Shown here in pieces: positions 37,628 to 52,017 of a stretch of 64,000 bases of DNA; position 1 is the first letter of the stretch; every line of letters starts with the position of its first letter. A program made the translations under genes and the position numbers. Origin of the DNA: Octopus vulgaris. Taxonomy: Eukaryota. The DNA lies in NCBI GenBank assembly GCA_951406725.2, contig OX597820.1, positions 4,526,001-4,590,000 on the forward strand. The letters run 5' to 3'. The notes beneath the pieces are model-generated. The model saw nothing but the letters and a program-made list of their open reading frames with translations. It ran no database searches and was not told the origin of the DNA.

Positions 37628-37925
37628 AATGTGGAGGCACATGGCCTAGTGGTTAGAGCAGCAGGCTTGTGGTTGAGGGATCACGGGTTCGAATCTCAGA
37701 CAGGGTGATGTGTGTGTTTATGAGTGAAACACCTAAGCTCCATGTGGCTTAGGTAACGGTGAACTTCTGCTGACTCTTTTGCCACAACTTTCTCTCAATC
37801 TTTCCCCCTGCATCTAGCAGCTCACCTGCAATGGACTGGCGTCCTGTCCAGGTGGGGAACCTTTATGTCAATGAAACCAGGAAACTGGCCCCTTATGAGC
37901 CAAGCATGGCTTGAGAAGGAACAAA
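37628..37925 (+). mobile_element. tRNA-derived SINE (head shared with the 24667 copy)
   Basis: A box tggcctagtgg, B box ggttcgaatc, aaacacctaa.gctcca motif. Confidence 0.75.
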
Positions 37926-38513
37926 CAGTAACATTATCTATTATCTATTCCTTAACTACTGTCCAGCTACTATGTAACCGCCATCGGTTGCTTAACTATT
38001 CTTAAATTATTTTCTTATCTGGGGTGCATTTGCTGTCGTTTGGCCCCATGGACCTTATAGATGGAAACGAAAAGGGGCCCATTGTATCTGCATGTCTGTT
38101 GTCTAAACACAACGTATGTAGATCACCCCACCATAGACACTGGATGCTTCCTCTCAAAGACCTCCCTCGATGTATGCTGGACGGAGTTGGATGGTGTGCT
38201 CGAGTTAAAAATGTCTGAGCAAGATCAGTCAGCTGATGATGATGATGATTATGTCTGCTTTGGAATGGCTTCTGTGGGTGGATTACCTCTGTGAACCTCT
38301 CCACATCTGGCTTAAAGCCACCTCCCTCAATACCCCACTCCCACCTGAAATTGAGGGGTTCTTGCCTTACATGTTACTTGGTGACCCCACTAGGGCCGGT
38401 GCCACATAAAAAGCACCCAGTCCACACTCTGTGAACTGGTTGGCATTAAGAAGGGCATCCACCCACAGAAGCCATTCCAAAGCAGACATTGCAACTCGGC
38501 ACACTCCTCTGCT

Positions 38514-38858
38514 ATATTTTAGTGGGTTGGGCCGGTTTATGGGGTTACCCTGTGTTTCTCACTCAAAAGGGGTTTAGCCTTATGGTGTATCTTCAGACTC
38601 CAAACACTGCTGGCCTGAGACTTCTTTAAAATATGGAGCGGGGGTGGGGAAGCCTCATTTATAAGGGTAAAAACCCTAAGTGATGATCATCTCCTTTTGC
38701 CGTTGTCCACCGATCTTTGGCCACATTTTTCCCCTCCATATTTTAAAGAGATCTCAGGCCAGCAGTGTCTGGGGTCTGAAGATATGCTTTAAGGCTAAAC
38801 CCCTTATGAGTGAAAATCCCATGGTAACCCCATAAACTGGCCTACCCCACTATAATAT
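38514..38858. mobile_element. MITE with ~120-bp imperfect terminal inverted repeats
   Basis: agtggg.tgggccggtttatggggttacc...aaatatggag pairs with ctccatatttt...ggtaaccccataaactggcctaccccact. Confidence 0.8.
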
Positions 38859-38945
38859 TTACTGGTCTATATCTTAGAGTGTGTTTCTCCTCCGGATTTA
38901 TGTATTTCTACAAACGATAAGTGTGTGTGTGTGTGTGTGTGTATA

Positions 38946-39090
38946 TGGAGTGGTTGGCATTAGGAAGGGCATCCAGCCGTAGAAACATTGCCAGATCAGA
39001 CTGGGCCTGGTGCAGCCTTCTGGCTTCCCAGACCTCAGTTAAGCCGTCCAACCCATGCCAACATGGAAAGTGGACGCTAAATGATGATGA

Positions 39091-39094
<4 letters not shown>
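38946..39094 (+). mobile_element. SINE-like family B, 3' part
   Basis: Family B body and (GAT)n tail. Confidence 0.8.
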
Positions 39095-39126
<32 letters not shown>

Positions 39127-39162
39127 GTGAATATAATACGTGACAATTATTTCGGTAGCCAA

Positions 39163-39223
39163 GATAAAACTCAGAGTTTCGGATGCCGAGGTGGAAATCC
39201 ACACTACCATCTCTTCAGTTATC
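39163..39223 (-). ncRNA. Type-I hammerhead ribozyme motif, intact core
   Basis: Minus strand gataa-CTGAAGA-gatg...catc-c-GAAA-ctctgag-TT-ttatc. Confidence 0.7.
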
Positions 39224-39242
39224 CGTTATTATAGGATGGCTG

Positions 39243-39303
39243 GATAACCGAAGAGATGGTGTTGTGGATTTCTACCTCGGCATCCGAAACTCAGAGTTTT
39301 ATC
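39243..39303 (+). ncRNA. Type-I hammerhead ribozyme motif (U4C)
   Basis: gataa-CCGAAGA-gatg...catc-c-GAAA-ctcagag-TT-ttatc. Confidence 0.6.
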
Positions 39304-40004
39304 TTGGCTACTGAATAATTGTCACATATTACATTTACAGATAAATTCCTCTATTTACATAATATTGAGGTCTCTTTCTTTCTTTTGTTATCTTACCGTT
39401 TTTACCAATATATATATATATATGGCCGTTCCTTGATTGTGATGTTGAACTTATAAATATGACTATTTAATTTTTCCCATAGGCCGCTGGTGGCAAAAAA
39501 ATTCTACAAAATTTTTTTTTGCCATATATTGATTAAATATATATATATATATATATATATAATCATCATCATCGTTTAATGTCTGTTTTCCATGCTAGCA
39601 CAGGTTATATATATATATATATATATATACCCACACACACGTGCATGTGTGGGTTTATAAATATGTACATACATATGTGTGTATGTGTGTATATACAAAT
39701 CTATATGTATATATACACTCTTAAAGCATTTTATTTGTTGGCTACAGGTTTCCAACAGACCCAATCACTGTATGACGGTGGTGGTGGTGGTGTAATGTTG
39801 AAGTAATCCACCCAACATTAGAGTCTATGTTATGTTGTAGGTGTGTGACCTTTAGCTAGACTTGGTTCTGTAATGTTACATCTAACAGTGTAGAGGGGGT
39901 GGGCGGCGGCGGTGGTGGTGGTGGGGGGGTAGTGATAGTCATGGTGGACAGCTGCAGTATTCTACACACACACAATCTTTTCACACTGCCTGTATATGTG
40001 TCAT

Positions 40005-40037
<33 letters not shown>

Positions 40038-40159
40038 CTTTATATATCTGTGTGTTACATTAAACGAAGTCTGTGTGTGTGTTTATGTTTACAGTGATAT
40101 GTGTATGCATGCAAGTCTGTAAAGTAGTGCAGCAGTGTGCATGTGTGTGTGTGTGTGTG

Positions 40160-40198
<39 letters not shown>

Positions 40199-40475
40199 AT
40201 ATATATAAAATAACGTAAAGCTCCTCCCCGAGTCATAGGGATTTGTAGGGACAGCTTTTCGGGTTTCTGTGGAGGATGATATTCCTTCCGCTGGACGGGA
40301 CGCCGGTCCGTCGCAGTGTTACGCATTCCTGCCAGCTGAGTGGACTGGAGTAACATGAAACGAAGGCTTTGCTCAAGAACATTATGCATCACCCAGCCCT
40401 GGAATCGAAACCATAATCTTATGACCATGAGTGCAGCCCTATAGCCACCGGGCCACAGCCCTGAATATGCATAGA

Positions 40476-40690
40476 CATCATCCTCATCATTGAACATCTG
40501 TTTTCCACGTTGGCAGGGGTCGGATGGTCTGATAGGAACTGGGAAACCAGAGAGCTGCACCAGGCTCCAGTTGTCTGTTTTGGCCTGGTTTCTATGGCCG
40601 AATGCCTTTCCTAATGCCAACCACTACAGAGTGGACTGGCTGCTTTCTATGTGGCACCATCACCAATGCTTTCCATGTGGTACGGCACTG
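40476..40690 (-). mobile_element. SINE-like family B, decayed
   Basis: gctgcaccaggctccagt...tgcctttcctaatgccaaccac. Confidence 0.65.
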
Positions 40691-41178
40691 GCACAACTAC
40701 TCTACACATGGCTCCAGCGCATATTTATACCTGTCTGACTATCTATCTATATACTTACCTACCTTCCTTCTTTGGGATGGTCAGGTGTGAGGTACAAAGA
40801 TTCGTTACTAATTAATTAGTTCACAGTCTTAATGGTTTTCTGTCAGTTAAATAAATTAGTTTGGCTACTTCTTCAATTAAAACCAAAACCAATCTTGTAT
40901 TGCTTTTGACCCTGTACTCCTGTCTGCTCCCTGGCCCCATACTCCTGTCTATTCCCCTGTTTTATCAGGTCTGAGGAATATCCTTGCATATCGACATAAA
41001 ACTCTGAGTGAAAGACTTTTGTTTACTAGGAATCCTGAGATTATGATCCGAGAACTATAATCCCTGGACTTCAAAATCCTCTTGCTTAAATATTTGCTCC
41101 CATTTCAGTGTTGACTTCTCTATTCTTTGGAAATATTACTGTCAGCAAAATACTTAGACACACACAAACATATTATAT

Positions 41179-41354
41179 AATCATCATCATCATCATCATT
41201 GTCGTTTAACATCCACTTTCCATGCTGGCATGGGTTGGACGGTTTGACTGAGGACTGGCAAACCAGGAGGCTGTACCAGGCTCCAATATGATCTGGCAAA
41301 GTTTCTACAAGTGATGCCTTTCCTAACACCAACCACTCCGAGAGTGTAGTGGGC
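41179..41354 (-). mobile_element. SINE-like family B
   Basis: (CAT)n tail plus body. Confidence 0.8.
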
Positions 41355-41414
41355 ATATATATATATATATATATATATTAGCAATGATTTCAATTTAGTA
41401 ACATGCAGTTAGGT

Positions 41415-41516
41415 ACATTATTTACATTTGATGGATATTTGTCCTCATCATTTGGCATAGTGGTTAAGAACACAAGCTATTAACCCCAAGATTCTGAGTT
41501 CGATTCCAGGCAGTGA

Positions 41517-41560
<44 letters not shown>

Positions 41561-41743
41561 TTGAAAAATACCTTAGGAATGAGAACCCAGGTTCAAAATT
41601 TCCCCCAAGACACCTGATGAAGGCTGGAGAGTATATCAGCTGAAATGTTGTGTCAACAACAAACGAGATGAGGACAAATATCCGTCGAATGTAAATAGTA
41701 TAAATAATGTACATAATTCCTCATCTCTTAAAAATAGAACTGT
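41415..41743 (+). mobile_element. TSD-flanked element: inverted terminal duplication, tRNA-like Pol III head, (AAT)n, hammerhead
   Basis: 12-bp direct repeat atgcagttaggt at 41403-41414 and 41744-41755; A box 41453-41463; B box 41496-41506; HHR 41609-41654; 41415-41449 is inverted relative to 41667-41710. Confidence 0.75.
41609..41654 (+). ncRNA. Minimal type-I hammerhead ribozyme motif
   Basis: gacac-CTGATGA-a-ggctg-gagagtatat-cagct-GAAA-tg-TT-gtgtc: perfect 5-bp stem I, intact core; both deviations are CG>TG. Confidence 0.75.
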
Positions 41744-42012
41744 ATGCAGTTAGGTGTCCCTCAGGGTTTCGTATATAGTGCCCTCCTGTTTATTAAAAGC
41801 CCTCCAGGCAATAAGAGAGCTGTTAAAGATGAGTTAGTGTGGTAATGTCTGTACACCACATCAATGTGATTCCAAGGAGAGAAGCAAAACCTGGAACTTT
41901 AAGGTGTGAAAGTAAACCAAGAAGAGACTAAAGTTTTATTTAGAAGGGAAGAAGACATGATAGTACCACTGCTGCCACCTGGAGAGTGGTTACACCTGAT
42001 AGGCAGAAAAAA

Positions 42013-42175
42013 GCAGGCATGGCTGTGTGGTAAGAAGCTTGCTTCCCAACCACATGGTTCTGGGTTCAGTCCCACTGCATGCCACTTTAGGCAAGTGTTT
42101 TCTACTCTAGCCTCAGGCCAACCAGAGCCTTTTAAATGGATCTGGTAGATGGAAACTGAAAGAATCCCATCGTAT
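42013..42175 (+). mobile_element. SINE family A, 5' part
   Basis: Head and CORE-like domain. Confidence 0.75.
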
Positions 42176-42314
42176 ATGCAAATATATTGTGACTAAGGAG
42201 TCTTTGACACTTATTTCTAGCAATTTTGGTGCCTATTGCCCCTTTCTGTCACTTTTAGTGACAGTGAAAATTTCCTTCTTGGTTTGAAATTGATTCCAGT
42301 CACTTTTATTATTT

Positions 42315-42924
<610 letters not shown>

Positions 42925-42957
42925 ATATATATATCTCCTTGTTTCTTTTCTGTGTCC

Positions 42958-42993
42958 CTTTCTGTAGAAGAGCATAGGCTCGAAACATAAAAG
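42958..42993 (+). ncRNA. Minimal hammerhead motif, A6U variant (in repeat 42933-43087)
   Basis: cttt-CTGTAGA-a-gagc-atag-gctc-GAAA-ca-TA-aaag; same family as 59248-59283. Confidence 0.5.
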
Positions 42994-43709
42994 ACTTTTT
43001 CTATTCCTTAGCATTATACTAATACATCTGTTTGTTTTGTACACCACCTGTCTTCGTCTTTTGTTATTTTTTCGTAAACTCTCCCCTGATATATATATAT
43101 ATATTGATATGTACTGGGGTTGATTTGTGCAACTAAAACTCTTGAAGGCAGTGCACCAGCATGGCCGCAGTCTATTGAGTTAAGGAAGTCAGAAATAAAA
43201 GGTACCGAGTGTAAATTATGGGTGCATAAGAGGTGGAGAGGGGTCACAGGCAGCTGACAGAGAAGGGGCAGTTTGTATGAAGGTGATGTAGAAGAGGGGG
43301 AAGTGGGGTCACTGGTATCGCATTTCATACAAAATGTCTGTGTCACAGATCAAGTGACACGGGTATTGTGACAGTAGTACTTCCTATGTGACGCAGATCC
43401 TGTGTCCCTGTCTTCCCCCCCCCCCCCCCGCTCGCTGTGTTACAAGCTGTGACATTGGTCAAATAAAATAAAAAGGATTAAATAAATTTTGAATATTTGT
43501 CTTTTGAGGAGCAAAAATTATTTGTCATGATATTGTAACACCTGTGTCTGTCTGTTTGTCCCTGCGTATGTAGACCGTTACATAGAAATGGTGGTGGTGG
43601 GAGGAGGGTGGGGGACTAGTACTAAACGATATAATTTAACTGTTATTGACCTTTGTGCTCCAGTATGAACTGTGAGACTTTTGGCTGTACAACTGAATGT
43701 CTGCACACA

Positions 43710-43752
<43 letters not shown>

Positions 43753-44085
43753 ACATGTGTATGTTGTGTGTGTGTGTCCGTGTGTCCTAGAGATTGTTGC
43801 AACGCTGATGGCATTATCATGTCTTTCTGGCCACATGTTGCTGCCATTTCTCCAAATTCTTGTCTTATTGTTCCAAACTATAAAATGTCTTTAGAACAAC
43901 AACAACAACAATCATCGCAACCGTTGTTGTTGTTGTTGTTGTTGTAATGAGACAAACCGTTCCGTCAGCTGCTGGTTCCCAGAATTTATTTCTCATGGAG
44001 ACGCGTTAAAGATGGCTTTTGTTCCGGCAATGTGTTTCTTTAAAAATCTCCCCAGCTTCTTTCATGAAACTCGTCTGAATGAAGA

Positions 44086-44125
<40 letters not shown>

Positions 44126-44512
44126 TCTTATTGTCTATGGTTTTGTGTCATGATAGTAAAACACAACCCACACTTTCCTTCCTCCTCTTCTCCCCCTCTC
44201 CTTCCTCCTCCGTTACTTTCAAAAGCAACAAATGACATTATATAAGCAGGCACTCTCTGTACTTTTGATTCAGATATTGATCAAGTGTAGAAGCAGTTTT
44301 TAACCGTGATAATAGGATATAGATACGTGTATGCGTGTGTGTGTGTGTGTGCGCGTGCTTGTGTATGTCTGTGTGCGTGTGCATGCATGTATGTGTATAT
44401 GTGTGTGTGTATACATATGTATATGTACATGTTTTTACTGTTACACTGACATTGTGTGCGTGTGTGTGTGTATATAGCAGAGAACAGTTTACGTCTTACA
44501 GTTTTGTCAGTT

Positions 44513-47500
44513 CTTATACATACAGTTTGATGTATATATCCTTATACACACTGTCAGATGTCCTCAATGTATATATCCTTATACACACTGTCAGATGTCC
44601 TCATATTTATACATACAGTTTGATGTATATATCCTTATACACACTGTCAGATGTCCTCAATGTATATATCCTTATACACACTGTCAGATGTCCTCATATT
44701 TATACATACAGTTTGATGAATATATCCTTATACACACTGTCAGATGTCCTCAATGTATATATCCTTATACACACTGTCAGATGTCCTCATATTTATACAT
44801 ACAGTTTGATGTATATATCCTTATACACACTGTCAGATGTCCTCAATGTATATATCCTTATACACACTGTCAGATGTCCTCATATTTATACATACAGTTT
44901 GATGTATATATCCTAATACACACTGTCAGATGTCCTCATATTTATACATACAGTTTGATGTATATATCCTTATACACACCGTCAGAGGTCCTCATATTTA
45001 TACATACAGTTTGATGTATATATCCTTATACACACTGTCAGATGTCCTCATATTTATACATACAGTTTGATGTATATATCCTTATACACACTGTCAGATA
45101 TCCTCAATGTATATATCCTTATACACACTGTCAGATGTCCTCATATTTATACATACAGTTTGATGTATATATCCTTATACACACTGTCAGATGTCCTCAT
45201 ATTTCTACATACAGTTTGATGTATATATCCTTATACACACTCTCAGATGTCCTCATATTTATACATACAGTTTGATGTATATATCCTTATACACACTGTC
45301 AGATGTCCTCATATTTATACATACAGTTTGATGTATATATCCTTATACACACTGTCAGATGTCCTCATATTTATACATACAGTTTGATGTATATATCCTT
45401 ATACACACTGTCAGATGTCCTCATATTTATACATACAGTTTGATGTATATATCCTTATACACACTGTCAGATGTCCTCATATTTATACATACAGTTTGAT
45501 GTATATATCCTTATACACACTGTCAGATGTCCTCAATGTATATATCCTTATACACACTGTCAGATGTCCTCATATTTATACATACAGTTTGATGAATATA
45601 TCCTTATACACACTGTCAGATGTCCTCAATGTATATATCCTTATACACACTGTCAGATGTCCTCAATGTATATATCCTTATACACACTGTCAGATGTCCT
45701 CATATTTATACATACAGTTTGATGTATATATCCTAATACACACTGTCAGATGTCCTCATATTTATACATACAGTTTGATGTATATATCCTTATACACACC
45801 GTCAGAGGTCCTCATATTTATACATACAGTTTGATGTATATATCCTTATACACACTGTCAGATGTCCTCATATTTATACATACAGTTTGATGTATATATC
45901 CTTATACACACTGTCAGATATCCTCAATGTATATATCCTTATACACACTGTCAGATGTCCTCATATTTATACATACAGTTTGATGTATATATCCTTATAC
46001 ACACCGTCAGAGGTCCTCATATTTATACATACAGTTTGATGTATATATCCTTATACACACTGTCAGATGTCCTCATATTTATACATACAGTTTGATGTAT
46101 ATATCCTTATACACACTGTCAGATGTCCTCATATTTATACATACAGTTTGATGTATATATCCTTATACACACTGTCAGATGTCCTCATATTTATACATAC
46201 AGTTTGATGTATATATCCTTATACACACTGTCAGATGTCCTCATATTTATACATACAGTTTGATGTATATATCCTTATACACACTGTCAGATGTCCTCAT
46301 ATTTATACATACAGTTTGATGTATATATCCTTATACACACTGTCAGATGTCCTCATATTTATACATACTGTTTGATGTATATATCCTTATACATACTGTC
46401 AGATGTCCTCAATTTATATATCCTTATACACACTGTCAGATATCCTCAATGTATATATCCTTATACACACAGTCAGATATCCTCAATGTATATATCCTTA
46501 TACACACTGTCAGATGTCCTCTTTATACATACAGTTTGATGTATATATCCTTATACACACTGTCATATCTCCTGATATTTATACATACAGTTTGATGTAT
46601 ATATCCTTATACACACTGTCATATCTCCTGATATTTATACATACAGTTTGATGTATATATCCTTATACACACTGTCAGATATCCTCATATTTATACATAC
46701 AGTTTGATGTATATATCCTTATACACACTGTCAGATATCCTCATATTTATACATACAGTTTGATGTATATATCCTTATACACACTGTCAGATATCCTCAT
46801 ATTTATACATACAGTTTGATGTATATATCCTTATACACACTGTCAGATATCCTCATATTTATACATACAGTTTGATGTATATATCCTTATACACACTGTC
46901 AGATGTCCTCATATTTATACATACAGTTTGATGTATATATCCTTATACACACTGTCAGATGTCCTCATATTTATACATACAGTTTGATGTATATATCCTT
47001 ATACACACTGTCAGATGTCCTCATATTTATACATACAGTTTGATGTATATATCCTTATACACACTGTCAGATGTCCTCATATTTATACATACAGTTTGAT
47101 GTATATATCCTTATACACACTGTCAGATGTCCTCATATTTATACATACAGTTTGATGTATATATCCTTATACACACTGTCAGATGTCCTCATATTTATAC
47201 ATACAGTTTGATGTATATATCCTTATACACACTGTCGGATATCCTCATATTTATACATACAGTTTGATGTATATATCCTTATACACACTGTCAGATATCC
47301 TCATATTTATACATACAGTTTGATGTATATATCCTTATACACACTGTCAGATATCCTCATATTTATACATACAGTTTGATGTATATATCCTTATACACAC
47401 TGTCAGATATCCTCATATTTATACATACAGTTTGATGTATATATCCTTATACACACTGTCAGATGTCCTCATATTTATACATACAGTTTGATGTATATAT

Positions 47501-49290
47501 CCTTATACACACTGTCAGATGTCCTCATATTTATACATACAGTTTGATGTATATATATCCTTATACACACTGTCAGATATCCTCATATTTATACATACAG
47601 TTTGATGTATATATCCTTATACACACTGTCGGATATCCTCATATTTATACATACAGTTTGATGTATATATCCTTATACACACTGTCAGATATCCTCATAT
47701 TTATACATACAGTTTGATGTATATATCCTTATACACACTGTCAGATGTCCTCATATTTATACATACAGTTTGATGTATATATCCTTATACACACTGTCGG
47801 ATATCCTCATATTTATACATACAGTTTGATGTATATATCCTTATACACACTGTCAGATGTCCTCATATTTATACATACAGTTTGATGTATATATCCTTAT
47901 ACACACTGTCGGATGTCCTCATATTTATACATACAGTTTGATGTATATATCCTTATACACACTGTCGGATATCCTCATATTTATACATACAGTTTGATGT
48001 ATATATCCTTATACACACTGTCAGATGTCCTCATATTTATACATACAGTTTGATGTATATATCCTTATACACACTGTCAGATGTCCTCATATGTATACAT
48101 ACAGTTTGATGTATATATCCTTATACACACTGTCAGATGTCCTCATATTTATACATACAGTTTGATGTATATATCCTTATACACACTGTCAGATGTCCTC
48201 ATATTTATACATACAGTTTGATGTATATATCCTTATACACACTGTCAGATGTCCTCATATTTATACATACAGTTTGATGTATATATCCTTATACACACTG
48301 TCAGATGTCCTCATATTTATACATACAGTTTGATGTATATATCCTTATACACACTGTCAGATGTCCTCATATTTATACATACAGTTTGATGTATATATCC
48401 TTATACACACTGTCAGATGTCCTCATATTTATACATACAGTTTGATGTATATATCCTTATACACACTGTCAGATGTCCTCATATTTATACATACAGTTTG
48501 ATGTATATATCCTTATACACACTGTCAGATGTCCTCATATTTATACATACAGTTTGATGTATATATCCTTATACACACTGTCAGATGTCCTCATATTTAT
48601 ACATACAGTTTGATGTATATATCCTTATACACACTGTCGGATATCCTCATATTTATACATACAGTTTGATGTATATATCCTTATACACACTGTCAGATGT
48701 CCTCATATTTATACATACAGTTTGATGTATATATCCTTATACACACTGTCAGATGTCCTCATATTTATACATACAGTTTGATGTATATATCCTTATACAC
48801 ACTGTCAGATGTCCTCATATTTATACATACAGTTTGATGTATATATCCTTATACACACTGTCAGATGTCCTCATATTTATACATACAGTTTGATGTATAT
48901 ATCCTTATACACACTGTCAGATGTCCTCATATTTATACATACAGTTTGACGTATATATCCTTATACATACTGTCAGATGTCCTCATATTTATACATGCAG
49001 TTTGACGTATATATTCTTATACACACTGTCAGATATCTTCATATTTATACATACAGTTTGATGTATATATCCTTATACACACTGTCAGATGTCCTCATAT
49101 TTATATATACAGTTTGACGTATATATCCTTATACACACTGTCAGATGTCCTCATATTTATACATAGTTTGATGTATATATCCTTATACACACTGTCAGAT
49201 GTCCTCATATTTATACATAGTTTGATGTATATATCCTTATACACACTGTCAGATGTCCTCATATTTATACATACTGTTTGCTGTATACAT
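44513..49290. repeat. Satellite/minisatellite array, 56-bp unit with a 37-bp deletion variant
   Basis: Unit atgtatatatccttatacacactgtcagatgtcctcatatttatacatacagtttg in tandem over ~4.8 kb. Confidence 0.97.
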
Positions 49291-49436
49291 ACATATATAT
49301 ACTGCCTGACGTGGGTATAGAATCTGTTAGTCTAATGCCTCCATCTTGACTTTAGGTGTCTTTAATCAGGGCTGTGACTCCATTGTAAGCATTTAAGACA
49401 CATCGGTGGGTTGGGGTTAACCTTATCTTTTTAACC

Positions 49437-49604
49437 CAGTGGTTCCCAACCCTCTCACTGCCGAGGACCCCTTTTATTTAAATGAGCTTTCTCACAGACC
49501 CCAGGATGTTGAAAGGTCTGTCAGCTTAACCACGTTCACGAACCACCCAGTACTAACTCTGCGCGCCACCAGGGGTCCCCGGACCACAGGTTGGGAAATA
49601 ACTG
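49437..49604. mobile_element. hAT (Charlie-like) MITE with 8-bp TSD
   Basis: TIRs cagtggttcccaacc / ggttgggaaataactg; ttttaacc duplicated at 49429-49436 and 49605-49612. Confidence 0.85.
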
Positions 49605-49914
49605 TTTTAACCCACTAAATCTCAAAGATCCTGAAAAAAAAGGCAGAAACGGGATCCTTCCCCTTCTGTGTAAGAAACTTAAAATAATTGTGTGTGTGTG
49701 GGGTGGGGGTGGGTGAGGGATAAATGTTGGTCTATTGCTGTGAAGAGAACTGGGATAAATGCGGGTTTATGGACAATAGGTAACATAGTTGACTTGTTTT
49801 TGCAGTTATTTAACAAATCACATAGAATTACACTTAATTGTCCGATGTCTCTTGCTTGCTTCTTTGTGTTGGTTTTAATATCACCTTTACCATTCACTGG
49901 CAGCAATACTATAC

Positions 49915-49952
<38 letters not shown>

Positions 49953-50130
49953 TGTGGATCTGTGTGTGTGTGTGTGTGTGCGTGTGTGAGTCACTGTTGT
50001 TGTATGTGACAGTGTATGTAGTGTGTGTGTGTGTGTGTGCGTTGAGGACATTCATTATTTGAGAAGGAAGAGTGCTGGGCCATAGAAATGAACTAAGTTT
50101 GTGAGGAAACGTGCAGGAAGTGATTAGGTC

Positions 50131-50162
<32 letters not shown>

Positions 50163-51029
50163 TACATACATATATATGTGTGTGTGTATGTATATATATC
50201 TATATATATGTATGTATTTGTGTGTGTGAGTGAGTATGTAATTTAGTTACTGTTTGGCAAGTGAATCTATGATTGTGGAGAATGAAATAGTTAAGAGAAG
50301 TCGGTTAATGTGAGTTGATTGGAAAGTTTGTGGCCGACAGCTGAACTGAAAGTGTTTGTGGAACAGTTGTGAATCAGCTGAGAGAGATTCATTGAAATAA
50401 AGCCACAGAGTAATTTACTGCTGGACAATGGCTAGTTGAAATAGCAACAGCCAGGATACAATTGGTGGAAGTTGCCCATTATCTGCTTGATCTAAAACTG
50501 GCCTCTCCCTCTCTCTCCCTCTCTCTCTCTCCCTGTCTCTCTCTGTCTCTCTCTCTCTCTGGTTTCCTTGTCTCATGTTTTAGTAAAACAACGAAATTAG
50601 CAAACGTTAGATTACTTCTTTCTTTGTCAAGTGTTTAATGAAGGTTGATTGGAAGAGGGAAGGGGCAGGCTACTGTCCTGCCCATTGTGTCTTCTAGAGG
50701 TCGGGACTCTCTCTCTCTCTCTCTCTCTCTCGTTGTCATTGATGCTGTTAATCAGTGGCTCTAGTCTAATTAATGATTAAAACTCTTATTTAAATAGACT
50801 CATCATCATCTGCATTGTTGTTGTTGTGGTTGTTGTCACCATCATAATTTGTACCGGGCCTCCTCATCATCATCATCATCATCACCACAGTGATTGTTAC
50901 ATCACAGATACGGAGTGACTACAGAGGTCCAGCTTGACCTAATGTATCAGGTTGACACAAGGGGACCAGTTTAAGGGGCCAGTTTGATGAAAGAAGTCAA
51001 GAGTGTCTGTCTTGAAGGACAGCATAGCT

Positions 51030-51207
51030 AACGTCTGCCGTTACGTTCTGAGTTCAAATTCCTCCGAGGTCGACTTTGCCTTTCATCCTTTCAGGGTCGA
51101 TAAATAAAGTACCAGTTACGCACTGGGGTCGATGTAATCGACTTAATCCCTTTATCTGTCCTTGTTTGTCCCCTCTGTGTTTAGCCCCTTGTGGGTAGTA
51201 AAGAAAT
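51030..51207 (+). mobile_element. SINE family C, 5' truncated
   Basis: Central domain and tail match the 18888 copy. Confidence 0.85.
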
Positions 51208-51639
51208 ATAATGAGAGACAATAGCTGTGAGGTTAAGGTTGTGAATTATTTGACCACAGGGTTCATAGGTTCATATCTTACTTGTACCAAGATGTTAGTT
51301 TAGGAAATAAGGTCTTGAACTGGGCTTGTTTCTGGTTTATCTCACTGAACAAATAACACCGCCACCACCACCACCACCACCACCAAGAGCCCCAAACAGC
51401 ACCACCATCACCACCATTGCCAATATTACCACCAACTCCACCACCACCAATACAAACAATGCTAAACCCCAACAAGTGATCCCTCGCCGCCTCCACAAGG
51501 GAGAGGTGGTAGGGGGCAGTGGTTGTTCCTGTCATTATTTATGAGGAGGGTGGCGATGGAGGAAGCGATACCCCCTCCACTCCCTTTATAAAACCAAGAT
51601 ATGGAGTGTTGCAGAGGAAAGATAACGCTTCAATATATT

Positions 51640-52001
51640 TATTCTTTTATTTGTTTCAGTCATTTGACTGTGGCCATGCTGGAGCACCACCTTTAGTCAA
51701 ACAAACCGACCCCAAGACTTATTCTTTGTCAGCCTAGTACTTAATCTGTCAGTCTCGTTTGCTGAACTGCTAAGTTACAGGGATGTAAACTCATCAATAT
51801 CAGTTATCAAGCAAAGGAGGTGGGGACAAACACACACACATATACGACAGGCTTCTTTCAGTTTCCATCTACCAAATCCACTCACAAGGCTCTGGTCAGC
51901 CCAACGCTATAGTAGAGGACAATTGTCCAAGGTGCCACGCAGTTGGACTGAACCCGGAACCATGTGGATGGGAGCCAAGCTTACCACAGCCATTTCTGCA
52001 T
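51640..52001 (-). mobile_element. SINE family A
   Basis: Reverse-complement match. Confidence 0.85.
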
Positions 52002-52017
52002 CTATTTATATATATCT

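Larger units (their letters stand above)
39123..39410. mobile_element. Fold-back Penelope-like pLTR remnant in (TA)n with two HHR motifs
   Basis: 39123-39224 is the reverse complement of 39242-39342; the tail 39345-39410 recurs at 20826-20890. Confidence 0.75.

Noticed and set aside
44513-49290. CRISPR array or ribozyme-bearing satellite
   Set aside because: Head-to-tail units without unique spacers, no cas genes, eukaryotic context; no HHR core on either strand of the unit.
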